Source: Candidatus Parcubacteria bacterium
Lineage (GTDB): Bacteria > Patescibacteriota > Patescibacteriia > Buchananbacterales > SURF-54
DNA: 49,541 bases
NCBI GenBank assembly: GCA_003599635.1
Contig: QZIX01000014.1
Coordinates: forward strand, 1 to 49,541
Reading direction: 5' to 3'
The notes under the pieces were generated by a model. It ran no database searches. It was not told where the DNA came from and worked only from the letters and a program-made list of their open reading frames with translations. The translations under genes and the position numbers were made by a program. Shown piece by piece: positions 17,847 to 27,005 of this stretch; position 1 is the stretch's first letter; each line of letters starts with the position of its first letter.

Positions 17847-20069
17847 ATGAACAAAAAAGGCATCTCTCTGGTAGAAACCTTAATATCATTGTCCGTCCTG
17901 GCGGTTTTAAGTGTAAGTATTTTTTCACTTTTTCAGCTGGCGCTAAGGGTGATAGCCGAAAATAAGGCCAGAACCGGGGCTGTTTCATTAGCCAACGAAA
18001 AAATGGAAATTGTAAGAAATCTGGCATATGAAAATATCTGCATAATCGGCGGCGTGGTTACCTGCCCTGACGGAATTGCCGGCTTGCAGCAAAGCGAATC
18101 GGTTAACGACAATAACATCAACTACGACGTCACAACTCAGGTACAATGCGTTTTCGACGCTTTCGACGGACTGCTTCCCCCGGCTGACAATGAACCCTGC
18201 GATTACAAAAGAGTCAGCATAACTGTTTTTTGGATAGGACACACCGGCCAGAAAAATTTGGCAATGGAAACGGCAGTCGCCCCGAAAGGACTGGAAACCT
18301 CAAGCGGCGGTGTTTTAAAAATTTCAGTTTTTGATGCCGGAGGAAATACGGTGCCTCAGGCAGACGTCCATATCGTAAAATCGCCAATTGACACGACATT
18401 ATTGACGGGAGATGACGGAGTTTTGCTGATTGCCAATCTTGAAGAGGCCTTAAACTCCTATTCAATCAGCGCCACAAAAACCGGTTTTAGCACCGACCAG
18501 ACCTGCGCCATTAACGCCGGCGCGGCAGATTGTGTTTTAGGCAATCCGAATCCTCTAAAGCCCCATGCCACTGTTCTGGACGGACAAGTTACGGAAATCA
18601 GCTTTGCCATTGATATTTTATCCAATCTGCAGTTCAGGACTGTCAGCCAGACAACGCCGGATGTATGGCAGGTCAATACTGGAGGAGACGGCGAAGATCA
18701 GGATAATCCGTCAATTGCCATTTGTCCCGGCGGCGATTATGTGTTCGGCTGGCGAGATGATGACATCGGCCAAAGCAAATTATACAGCCAAAGATATGAC
18801 AGCGACAGAATAAAACTCTGGAATGACGGAGATAAAGCCATAGCCACCGCCTCGCACCAGAACAATGTCGATTTAGCGACTGACTCACTTTGCAATTCTT
18901 ACGCTGTCTGGAATGACGACCGAGACAGCCAGGGCAATGAAGATGCGTATTTTATAAGCTATGATGAAAACGGCAACCTGCTGTGGGGCTCTGAGAAAAA
19001 AATTGAAACTCAAGCTGACAACAAAGACCAGAATTTTCCGAAAATCGAACTGAATTCGACTTCGACTTTCGCCTTCATTGTCTGGCAGGATAACAGAAAT
19101 GATAACGGCGATATCTTCATAAATAAATTCAATATCGTTTCCAATCCTCCGGTAGCTTTATGGTCGCCGGAAATAAAAGTGAATGAAACTTCCGGAAGCA
19201 GCACCCAGATACTGCCGGCTTTGGCAGTCGATTCGCAGAACAATGCTTACGTTGTCTGGCAGGACGGCAAAAATCTAAACAATGACATTTACTCTCAAAA
19301 AATTTCCGGGGAGGGGGTAAAGCTTTGGCCGTCTGACATTAAAATTAACACTGACTTGGGGCTTAGCGATCAAATCAATGCCGATATAGATTTAGGGCCG
19401 TCAGACAACATCTACGTTGTCTGGCAGGATGACAGAAACGGCAATTACGATATTTATCTGCAAAAATACAGTCCGGCCGGCGCCGCTTTATGGGAAAATG
19501 ACATTAAAGTTAATTCCGATTCAGGCAGCGCTGCAGACGAATATCCGGCGATTGCCATAAACAACTTGGAAGAAATATTTATCGTCTGGCAGGATTACAG
19601 AAACAGCAAAGCCGATATTTATCTGCAAAAACTAAACAGTGACGGCGTAAAACTTCTTGATTATGACGTTTTAGTAGCTGAAGCCACAGGCGATCAGGAA
19701 AAGCCGGATATTGCCATACCGCCGCCGCCGAGCACGCAGAATCCTACAATTACCTGGCAGGACAATTCCAACGGCGACTGGGACATTAAAGCGGCGCAAT
19801 ACGGCGCAACAATTGAAACCGGTATTGCGGTTCCCAATGTTCCCCTAACCATCACCGGCAGCAAAAGTTACGATGTCGAGGGAAATATCCCTAAATTCAG
19901 CTTAAGCTCTCAAACTGACGGTTCGGGCATCTTAAATGCCAATCTGATAGAATGGGACACTTACGATGTGATTGTCGGGGGAAGCTACAGTCTGATTTCC
20001 TCCGATCCCGTTGTTCCTTTTTTGCTTGAACCCAATCAAAATTTAACTGTTTATTTAAATGTCGAATAA
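17847..20069 (+). CDS. Large minor pilin (PilV-like N-terminus) with internal 7-repeat beta-propeller-like module
   Basis: Class III signal KKG|ISLVE plus hydrophobic helix; Ig/carboxypeptidase-regulatory-like segments flank seven W-x-D repeats. Confidence 0.85.
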   Translation: MNKKGISLVETLISLSVLAVLSVSIFSLFQLALRVIAENKARTGAVSLANEKMEIVRNLAYENICIIGGVVTCPDGIAGLQQSESVNDNNINYDVTTQVQCVFDAFDGLLPPADNEPCDYKRVSITVFWIGHTGQKNLAMETAVAPKGLETSSGGVLKISVFDAGGNTVPQADVHIVKSPIDTTLLTGDDGVLLIANLEEALNSYSISATKTGFSTDQTCAINAGAADCVLGNPNPLKPHATVLDGQVTEISFAIDILSNLQFRTVSQTTPDVWQVNTGGDGEDQDNPSIAICPGGDYVFGWRDDDIGQSKLYSQRYDSDRIKLWNDGDKAIATASHQNNVDLATDSLCNSYAVWNDDRDSQGNEDAYFISYDENGNLLWGSEKKIETQADNKDQNFPKIELNSTSTFAFIVWQDNRNDNGDIFINKFNIVSNPPVALWSPEIKVNETSGSSTQILPALAVDSQNNAYVVWQDGKNLNNDIYSQKISGEGVKLWPSDIKINTDLGLSDQINADIDLGPSDNIYVVWQDDRNGNYDIYLQKYSPAGAALWENDIKVNSDSGSAADEYPAIAINNLEEIFIVWQDYRNSKADIYLQKLNSDGVKLLDYDVLVAEATGDQEKPDIAIPPPPSTQNPTITWQDNSNGDWDIKAAQYGATIETGIAVPNVPLTITGSKSYDVEGNIPKFSLSSQTDGSGILNANLIEWDTYDVIVGGSYSLISSDPVVPFLLEPNQNLTVYLNVE
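18660..19806 (+). repeat. Seven intragenic 53-58 aa repeats (consensus approx. P.IA.D..N..YVVWQD.RNGN.DIY.QK....G..LW..DIKVN)
   Basis: Trp codons of the WxD motif at 18750, 18909, 19083, 19257, 19422, 19587, 19755 (spacings 53, 58, 58, 55, 55, 56 codons). Confidence 0.9.
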
Positions 20070-20679
20070 AAAAAGCAACAACCGCGGCTATACTTTGGCC
20101 GAAGTAATCGTTGCCATTTCTATTTTTTCCGTGGCCATAACTGTTGTTTCCTCCTATATAATTATGGGCTACAAAACAAATCGCTTTGCCGAAGAGCAAA
20201 ATGACGCCATTGAACATGCCAGAAACGGCATTGAAACTATGGTCAAGGAAATCAGAGAAGCCGGCACCGGCAAAAACGGCGATTATCCGATTGTCCAAGC
20301 GCTTGATCAGTCTTTTTCTTTTTACAGCGATATCGACTTGGATGAAGAAACGGAAAAAGTCAGATATTATCTTGATGATACCAATTTAAAAAAAAGCATC
20401 ACTGAACCATCAGGTTTTCCCGCGGAATATTTAACGGAAAACGAAACCGTGAACATTCTTTCCAGGTATGTCAGAAACGACACGCTGCCGATCTTTTACT
20501 ATTATAATAAGGACTGGCCGAATGACACGGTAAACAATCCCTTGTCCACCCCGGCATCGCCAAATGATGTAAAAATCATCCGTCTTAATCTGGAAATTAA
20601 CATAAATCCAGCTATTGCGCCCGAACCATTTATTTTACAATCGTATACGCAGGTCAGGAATTTAAAAGAAAATCTTTAA
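20059..20679 (+). CDS. Minor pilin (PilW/PulJ-like)
   Basis: NRG|YTLAEVIVAISIF prepilin motif; E.MVKEIREA; RYYLD; 11-nt overlap with the upstream pilin. Confidence 0.85.
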   Translation: MSNKKSNNRGYTLAEVIVAISIFSVAITVVSSYIIMGYKTNRFAEEQNDAIEHARNGIETMVKEIREAGTGKNGDYPIVQALDQSFSFYSDIDLDEETEKVRYYLDDTNLKKSITEPSGFPAEYLTENETVNILSRYVRNDTLPIFYYYNKDWPNDTVNNPLSTPASPNDVKIIRLNLEININPAIAPEPFILQSYTQVRNLKENL

Positions 20680-20688
20680 AAAAAGCCA

Positions 20689-22218
20689 ATGCGTAAAATA
20701 TCAAAAAAACTGCTCTGTCCAAACTGTCAAGCTGAAGATAAAGGTGCTATACTGATAATGACTCTGGTTTTTACTTTTATTTTTGTGATAGTCGGCGGCG
20801 GTCTTGTTTCTTTGGTTAATCAGCAGCAAAAATTAAACCGAATCAAAAAAGCTCAGGCGCAGGCTTTGCATATCGCCGAATCAGGAGTTAATTATTACCG
20901 CTGGCATCTTGCCCACGACATCGACGATTACGGCGACGGCACCGGCGGGAATTGCGATTCAGTCACGCCCTGCGTGCACAGCTATCCGTCCGGTGACCCG
21001 ATAGGACAATTTTCACTTGAAATCATTCCACCTGCCACCGGATCAACGGTGGTTACGATAAAATCAACCGGCTGGATTAATGAATTTCCCAACTACAAAA
21101 GAATCGTGCTTGCCAAATACGGACGATCGGCTTTGACCAAATATGCGGTTGTCGCCAACAACAGTATGAGATTCGGCGAAGGTACGGTCATTCACGGCCC
21201 GGTTCACGCCAATGGCGGAATCAGGTTTGACGGTACAGCTTATAATGAGATTACTTCAGCCCAGGAATCCTATGATGACCCTGATCATGATGATCAGGGG
21301 GAAGAATTGGAAGAATTCGGCGTACACACACATTCGATTGACGGGAGCGGCCAGATGGATCCCCTGCCTCCGGCGGCAGTACCGAAACGGCTTGATGTTT
21401 TCGCCGGCGGCAGAAAATTTCCCGTACCGACGGTCGATTTCGACGCCATAACCTTAAATCTGTCCGAACTGGAAACAGCCGCCGAAGATAACGGACTTCA
21501 TCTCAATAAATCGAATCAGCGCGGCTGGCATATACAATTATTTGATAACGGAACTTTAAGATACAGCAAGGTAAAAACTGTAAACAACTGCGTTTATATG
21601 TCTGGCAGCGACTTAATAAGTGTTTCAGATGGTTTTCCCGCCGCTTACCAGGGAAACTGGACAACCGCTGATTATCCGGCAAACGGCATAATTTTTGCGG
21701 CCGACAATGTCTGGGTTGACGGAAAAATAAATGATGCCCATCTGACAATAGTGGCGGCGGAAGATCCGCTGGCTTCCGGTGATTCGGATATCTGGATCAA
21801 TAATGATATTGAATATACCAATTACGACGGCACAGACGCTGTCGGGCTGATAGCGCAAAATAACATCAACATCGGCCTGCGCAGCGAGGGTGATTTTCTT
21901 GGCACGGAAGATCTGACAGAACTCAGAATCGATGCTGCTTTGGTCGCTCAGAAAGGCAGAGTAGGACGATTTTATTATCCTGCTGACTGCTCGTCCGACT
22001 ATTATCAAAGAAACAAAATCACTGTTTTCGGCACAATTGCCACCAATCAAAGATATGGCTTTTCCTGGAATTGTGGCGGCACTTATTGCTCAGGTTATCA
22101 GGACAGACAAATTAATTTTGACAATTACCTTTCATTTACCCCGCCTCCCCTGTTTCCGACGGGAAACGTTTACGAATTCATATCCTGGGAGGAAATTTTA
22201 GAAGATGAAACTTACTAA
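20689..22218 (+). CDS. Minor pilin, PilX/GspK-like with large beta-rich C-terminal domain
   Basis: DKG|AILIMTLVF (no Glu5, as in PilX), QALHIAESGVNYY.W.L, GPVHANGGIRFDG, LIAQNNI, IDAALVAQKG, ending FISWEE. Confidence 0.8.
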   Translation: MRKISKKLLCPNCQAEDKGAILIMTLVFTFIFVIVGGGLVSLVNQQQKLNRIKKAQAQALHIAESGVNYYRWHLAHDIDDYGDGTGGNCDSVTPCVHSYPSGDPIGQFSLEIIPPATGSTVVTIKSTGWINEFPNYKRIVLAKYGRSALTKYAVVANNSMRFGEGTVIHGPVHANGGIRFDGTAYNEITSAQESYDDPDHDDQGEELEEFGVHTHSIDGSGQMDPLPPAAVPKRLDVFAGGRKFPVPTVDFDAITLNLSELETAAEDNGLHLNKSNQRGWHIQLFDNGTLRYSKVKTVNNCVYMSGSDLISVSDGFPAAYQGNWTTADYPANGIIFAADNVWVDGKINDAHLTIVAAEDPLASGDSDIWINNDIEYTNYDGTDAVGLIAQNNINIGLRSEGDFLGTEDLTELRIDAALVAQKGRVGRFYYPADCSSDYYQRNKITVFGTIATNQRYGFSWNCGGTYCSGYQDRQINFDNYLSFTPPPLFPTGNVYEFISWEEILEDETY

Positions 22219-22223
22219 AAATT

Positions 22224-23276
22224 ATGTTTTTTCCCCAACACAACGGAGCATTAGGACTTGATATTTCCGATTACGCTTTAAGAATAGTTGATCTGTCAAA
22301 AAAAAGAGGAAAACTTTACCTGTCTTCCTTTAATCAAATTAAAATTCCGACGGGCGATATATCCGAAGGCGTAATAAAGAATCCAGACAGGGTGGTTTTA
22401 CTCATCAACCAGCTGATTAGAGAAGCAAAAGGAAATAAAATATTAAAAAAAGAAGTGATTGCCGTTTTGCCTGAAACCAAAACATTTATCAAGCTTTTGG
22501 AAATCCCCAAAGTCGAGGAAGAAAAAATAGGTGAAGAAATCAAAAAAGAACTGAAAAACCATTTGCCGGTAAGCATTGAAGAACAATATCTGGACTGGCA
22601 GGTAATTTCTGCAGATGATGAAAAAACTTATATCCTGGCCGGTGTCGCCCCAAAAGACATAGTTAATTCACACCTTTCCCTGCTGCAGAAAGCCGATCTT
22701 TTGCCGCTGGCCTTTGAAATTGAAGCCGTTGCTATTTCCAGGGCTCTTATGGAAAATTCAAACGGTAAAATGATTATTGATATCGGGGCCGCCAGAACCG
22801 GTTTAATCATCCATGACCGTGACGTCGTCCAATTAACGGTAAGTTTGCCTATTTCAGGCGAAGCAATCACCAGAGAAATCTCGGACAGTCTTAATTTAGA
22901 ATATAAAGAAGCTGAAAAAGCCAAACTGGTCTGCGGGCTTGATAAAACCAGATGCAAAGGCGCTTTAAGGAAAATACTGTTTGACACAATGGATAATCTG
23001 ATAAAAGAAATAGATAAAGCCAAAAATTACTATGAAAATTTGTCAGAAAAAAACAAAATCTCCGAAATTGTTCTGTGCGGAGGCGGCGCTTATTTTCTTA
23101 AAATAGAAAAATATCTGTCTCACCGGCTCGATATGACGGTCAGTCTGGGCAACCCCTTGAAATTTATTGAAAAAGACAATTTAAAACAGCTTAAATTCCC
23201 GGAAGACAAATCGCTGACTTATACCACGGCCATCGGTTTGGCCATAAGAGGAACGCAAAAAAATCAACTTTTATGA
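22224..23276 (+). CDS. pilM: Type IV pilus assembly protein PilM
   Basis: LGLDISDYALR, YLDWQV, FEIEAVA..RAL, IIDIGAART, ISGEAIT, LCGGGA, LGNP, TTAIGLAIR (actin-like fold). Confidence 0.92.
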   Translation: MFFPQHNGALGLDISDYALRIVDLSKKRGKLYLSSFNQIKIPTGDISEGVIKNPDRVVLLINQLIREAKGNKILKKEVIAVLPETKTFIKLLEIPKVEEEKIGEEIKKELKNHLPVSIEEQYLDWQVISADDEKTYILAGVAPKDIVNSHLSLLQKADLLPLAFEIEAVAISRALMENSNGKMIIDIGAARTGLIIHDRDVVQLTVSLPISGEAITREISDSLNLEYKEAEKAKLVCGLDKTRCKGALRKILFDTMDNLIKEIDKAKNYYENLSEKNKISEIVLCGGGAYFLKIEKYLSHRLDMTVSLGNPLKFIEKDNLKQLKFPEDKSLTYTTAIGLAIRGTQKNQLL

Positions 23277-23797
23277 TAACATTAAATCTGCTGTCCCCGG
23301 AACAAAAAAAAGAAATACGGCTGCTGAGATTTTTTATTGTCACCAAAATCATCATCATCTATCTTTTACTGTTTTTGATTATTACGGCGATCGTACTTTT
23401 ATTCGCCAAAATGATACTGCAGAATTATTTTAACAAAGTCGTTGCCAACTACAATTTGAACAGTAAAACTGGAGCCCTTTTGAGCCAGGATATCAAACAA
23501 TTCAATAAAAAATTGAAATCCATACAATCTATTCAAAATGATTTTGTACCCTGGTCGGATTTAATTTTTAAAATCAATGAGATTGTCCCGGAAAACATAC
23601 TCCTTTACGCCATAGAAATAAAAAAAACCAGCGGTGATCTCCAGCTGACGGGGAGGGCAAAAACCAGGGACGACCTGAAAAATTTTGAAAAAAATTTAAA
23701 TGATTCGGGATTGTTTGAATCAATAAAAATTCCCTTTACCAGTCTGCTTGAAAAAGAAAATATAGATTTTAAAATAACATCAAGTCTAAAACGATGA
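23273..23797 (+). CDS. pilN: PilN-like protein
   Basis: MITLNLLSPE (INLLP-type motif), TM helix, coiled coil, LTGRA.TR..L..F...L; follows pilM with ATGA overlap. Confidence 0.8.
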   Translation: MITLNLLSPEQKKEIRLLRFFIVTKIIIIYLLLFLIITAIVLLFAKMILQNYFNKVVANYNLNSKTGALLSQDIKQFNKKLKSIQSIQNDFVPWSDLIFKINEIVPENILLYAIEIKKTSGDLQLTGRAKTRDDLKNFEKNLNDSGLFESIKIPFTSLLEKENIDFKITSSLKR

Positions 23798-24318
23798 ATA
23801 TAAAAAATAAATTCTTTCTCTACCTTTTCGCCTGTTTGGCGGTGTGTGCCGCCATCATCGGTTTTATTATTATACCGACCGTAAATGACATAAGAAAAAT
23901 AAGTTCCATGGTTACAGACGAAAGGGCTGATTTGGAAAAAAAATACAAAAAAGGCCAGTTGCTGCAAAAAACGATTAATGACTTCAATAAAATAAAGCCG
24001 TTTGAAGAAAGAATCAATTCCATATTTGTAAAAAAAGATCATGAACTTGATTTTATCCTGGAACTGGAAAAGATCGCGGCTGAAAATAAAGTTAACCAGA
24101 AGCTGATAAACCGGTCAGATCAGACAGCTAACGACACCCTGCCCCTGGAAGTGCAGGTCGAGGGTTACTTTCCCGACACGCTTAAATATTTAAGGCAGGT
24201 TGAAAAACTAAGCTATTATTTTAATGTCGAGGAAGTCAAGTTTTCTTCCGCGGGTCAAAAATATGACGGACAAATAAAAATGTTCTTATCAGGCAAAATA
24301 TTTATTGACGCCAACTAA
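23794..24318 (+). CDS. pilO: PilO-like protein
   Basis: N-terminal TM, coiled coil, ferredoxin-like tail V.G.F..TL.YL..VE.L; position after pilN. Confidence 0.72.
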   Translation: MNIKNKFFLYLFACLAVCAAIIGFIIIPTVNDIRKISSMVTDERADLEKKYKKGQLLQKTINDFNKIKPFEERINSIFVKKDHELDFILELEKIAAENKVNQKLINRSDQTANDTLPLEVQVEGYFPDTLKYLRQVEKLSYYFNVEEVKFSSAGQKYDGQIKMFLSGKIFIDAN

Positions 24319-24322
24319 AACA

Positions 24323-24637
24323 ATGAAAATAAAAACAATCCACATCAATTTAAACTGGCTGCTAAAGATTCTTTACCCTCTGCTGGCTTTGATTATTGTC
24401 GCCGGGATTGCTTATCTTTCTACCTTTTTGTACTTTGATTTTTACATGACAATTTCACAGGCAAAAGAAGTCCCTGTTCTAAAAACGCAGGTTACAGCCG
24501 ATGTCGTGGATGTAAAACTTTTTGAAAATATTATTAACCGCCTTGACGCAAAAAATAATGCGATCAGTTTTGAGAATATTATAAAAAATCCGTTTTCATT
24601 GCCTCCTGTTAACAGTGAAAAACCGAAATTTGAATAA
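24323..24637 (+). CDS. Hypothetical single-TM protein closing the pil operon (PilP-position)
   Basis: ATG 4 nt after the pilO stop (track start TTG 24305); TM helix; C-terminal KNPF motif. Confidence 0.6.
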   Translation: MKIKTIHINLNWLLKILYPLLALIIVAGIAYLSTFLYFDFYMTISQAKEVPVLKTQVTADVVDVKLFENIINRLDAKNNAISFENIIKNPFSLPPVNSEKPKFE

Positions 24638-24638
24638 A

Positions 24639-25811
24639 TTATTTATAAGGAGACATTTTCCTTAAATTGCTGATGATTTCTGGCAGAATTAAAAGAAGCT
24701 TATCTGCTTCTTTTTTAGTATTATATTTGCCCAGGGTGATCCTCAGACTGCCATGAGACATTTCTTTCGGCACACCGATGGCTGTCAGGACATGAGATGG
24801 CTCAAGTGAACCCGAAGAACAAGCAGAACCGGTCGATACTGCAATCCCTGCTATGTCAAGCAGCATAAGTATGCTTTCACCCTCGGCATTTTTGAAAGTC
24901 ACATTAATGTTGGAAGGAATCCTCGCCGCCAGATCGCCGTTTAACTGCGACTGGGGTATCTTTAAAATTCCCTTTATAAGATAATCCCGCAACTGTTTTA
25001 TTTTCCGGTTATTTTTTTTATTTTTTCGTATCTGTCTTACTGCTTCGGCCAATCCGGCTATTCCCGGCACATTTTGTGTCCCCGGCCTTAAACCGCGCTC
25101 CTGGTGACCGCCAAACTCAAGTGCGGCCAGAACCGTCCCTTTTTTTACATACAATACGCCGATTCCTTTCGGTCCGTATATTTTATGGCCGGACAAGGTC
25201 AATAAATCAACTTTTAGCTTATTAACGTCAAGATCGCAATAATTAGCCGCCTGGACGGCGTCAGTATGAAAATAAATTTTATCGTCGCGTTTCTTGTTTA
25301 ACTGACCCAATATTTTACCAATTCTGGCAATGGGCTGAATCGTTCCAATTTCGTTATTCACATACATAACCGAAACCAAAACTGTATTTTTTCTGATTAA
25401 CTTTTTTAATTCTTCCGGCCTGACCAGCCCCTTGTTTGTTACTTCCAAAAAACTTATCTGAGCGCCTTGTTTTTTAAGTTCAGCCGCCGGCCCGAGCACT
25501 GAAGGATGTTCGATTTTGGAAATTATTATATGAGGATTACGCCATTTTTTCTGAACGGTACGGAAAACGCCGCCCAAAGCCAGATTATTGGCTTCCGTGG
25601 CGCCGGATGTAAAATAAATCTCTTCGCCGAAACAGTTTAAAAAATCGGCCACGGTTTTTCGCGACTCTTCCACGGCTTTTAACGCCTGCTGACCAAAACT
25701 GTGAATTGAGCCGGCATTACCGTAATTTTTCAGATAAAACGGCTTCATCTTAAGCCAGACCCTGTTGTCAACCGGCGTAGTTGCTGAATGGTCAAAATAT
25801 ATCTTTCGCAT
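24639..25811 (-). CDS. iscS: Cysteine desulfurase (IscS/NifS group I)
   Basis: YFDHSATTP, FTSGATEANN, EHPSV, HTDAVQA, SGHKIYGPKG (PLP Lys), RPGTQN, STGSACSS (catalytic Cys). Confidence 0.95.
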   Translation of the reverse strand: MRKIYFDHSATTPVDNRVWLKMKPFYLKNYGNAGSIHSFGQQALKAVEESRKTVADFLNCFGEEIYFTSGATEANNLALGGVFRTVQKKWRNPHIIISKIEHPSVLGPAAELKKQGAQISFLEVTNKGLVRPEELKKLIRKNTVLVSVMYVNNEIGTIQPIARIGKILGQLNKKRDDKIYFHTDAVQAANYCDLDVNKLKVDLLTLSGHKIYGPKGIGVLYVKKGTVLAALEFGGHQERGLRPGTQNVPGIAGLAEAVRQIRKNKKNNRKIKQLRDYLIKGILKIPQSQLNGDLAARIPSNINVTFKNAEGESILMLLDIAGIAVSTGSACSSGSLEPSHVLTAIGVPKEMSHGSLRITLGKYNTKKEADKLLLILPEIISNLRKMSPYK

Positions 25812-25813
25812 AT

Positions 25814-26038
25814 TCAAACTTTAATTACTTCTTTTACCTGCGGAATTTTTTCTTTTAATACTCTGCCGATACCCTGTTGTAAAGTCATTTCCGACATCGG
25901 GCAGTGAGTACAGGCGCCTTTTAGACGCAACTTTACCGTGCCCGTCTTTTCGTCAACTTCAATTAATTCCACATCCCCGCCGTCCGCCTGAATTGTCGGG
26001 CGCAATTGATCAATGATTTTTTTTACCTCTTCTTTCAT
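25814..26038 (-). CDS. NifU C-terminal / NfuA-type Fe-S carrier
   Basis: LRPTIQADGGDVEL, LKGACTHCPMSEMTL..GI. Confidence 0.93.
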   Translation of the reverse strand: MKEEVKKIIDQLRPTIQADGGDVELIEVDEKTGTVKLRLKGACTHCPMSEMTLQQGIGRVLKEKIPQVKEVIKV

Positions 26039-26101
26039 AAATTTTTAAACGCCGACAGTCTGCCGCTTTATGTCAGGCGATAAACTGTCAACATCTCTTT
26101 A

Positions 26102-26473
26102 TTAAATTAATTTTTTTTGATAAATGTTTATCGCGTTTGTCAAAGCATGATGGGCCAGAACCGAACAATGGATTTTTACAGGCGGCAAATCGCCCAATTC
26201 TTTCACAATGTCCGCCTTAGATATTTTTAATGCCGAATCAAGGTCTTTTCCCTTAGCCATATCAGTTAATATCGATGAACAGGCAATAGCTGCCGCACAA
26301 CCGAGAGTTTCGAATTTTATATCCTTAATTTTGTTATTTTTGATTTTCAGATAAATCTTCATCACATCGCCGCACATCGGATTGCCGGCTTCGCCGACAG
26401 CATCGGCGTCAGCCATACTTCCCTGATTATGCGGATTCTTAAAATGATTTAAAACTGTCTGTGTATATGTCAT
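26102..26473 (-). CDS. iscU: Fe-S scaffold IscU / NifU N-terminal domain
   Basis: HFKNPHN.G, GNPMCGDVM, GCAAAIACSS, LPPVKIHCSVLA. Confidence 0.94.
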   Translation of the reverse strand: MTYTQTVLNHFKNPHNQGSMADADAVGEAGNPMCGDVMKIYLKIKNNKIKDIKFETLGCAAAIACSSILTDMAKGKDLDSALKISKADIVKELGDLPPVKIHCSVLAHHALTNAINIYQKKLI

Positions 26474-26514
26474 AATTTAGGTATTAATTTTATCAAGATA
26501 TTTTGTTGAATTTA

Positions 26515-26916
26515 CTATTTTATCAAATCAGACAATTTCGTATTCTCCAAAGTTATTTTGATTCCCTGGTGGACTTTAATCCACATCTTTCTTGTCAGGC
26601 AGCCCTTTTTGGCGCAACAGTTGCCTTTCGGGGAAACACAGTAAAATGGCTCCAGACTGCCCTCAGTCGCTTCAATTATATCTGCGGCGGAAACATTTTC
26701 CGGACTCCGTAACAGAATATATCCGCCGTTTACCCCTTTGTTTGCTGTAACCAGATGATTCTTCTTTAATTTAGAAAACAACTGCTCCAAATAAACCTTG
26801 GAAATTTTTTCTTCCCGGGCGATCTTTGCCAAAGATACGGCAGTTTTTTTGTAATTTTTAGCCAAAATAGCCATGGCTCGCAAACTATATTCGGCTTTGG
26901 TGGTAAATTTCAACAT
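26515..26916 (-). CDS. iscR: Rrf2 family regulator, IscR-like
   Basis: TTKAEYSLRAM, ISKVYLEQLFSKL, GVNGGY.L, Cys cluster YCVSPKGNCCAKKGCLTR..W; heads the Fe-S operon. Confidence 0.85.
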   Translation of the reverse strand: MLKFTTKAEYSLRAMAILAKNYKKTAVSLAKIAREEKISKVYLEQLFSKLKKNHLVTANKGVNGGYILLRSPENVSAADIIEATEGSLEPFYCVSPKGNCCAKKGCLTRKMWIKVHQGIKITLENTKLSDLIK

Positions 26917-26917
26917 A

Positions 26918-26942
26918 AAAACCTAGTAAAATACTAGGTTTT
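26918..26942. promoter_or_regulatory. Perfect 11-3-11 inverted repeat, candidate Rrf2/IscR operator
   Basis: aaaacctagta-aaa-tactaggtttt between the -10 box and the iscR start codon. Confidence 0.7.
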
Positions 26943-26970
26943 AGTATACCATGCCGTAAATCTTTGTCAA
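26943..26970 (-). promoter_or_regulatory. sigma70 promoter of the isc operon
   Basis: Minus strand TTGACA-N16-TATACT with TGn extension. Confidence 0.7.
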
Positions 26971-27005
26971 ATAGATAAGATAGAAGATGTATGCCGCTAT
27001 TCCGG

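Noticed and set aside
26039-26101. Stem-loop (gacagt...actgtc) between iscU and nfu as a regulatory RNA
   Set aside because: Only a 6-bp stem with an irregular interior; could be chance or a degenerate repeat.
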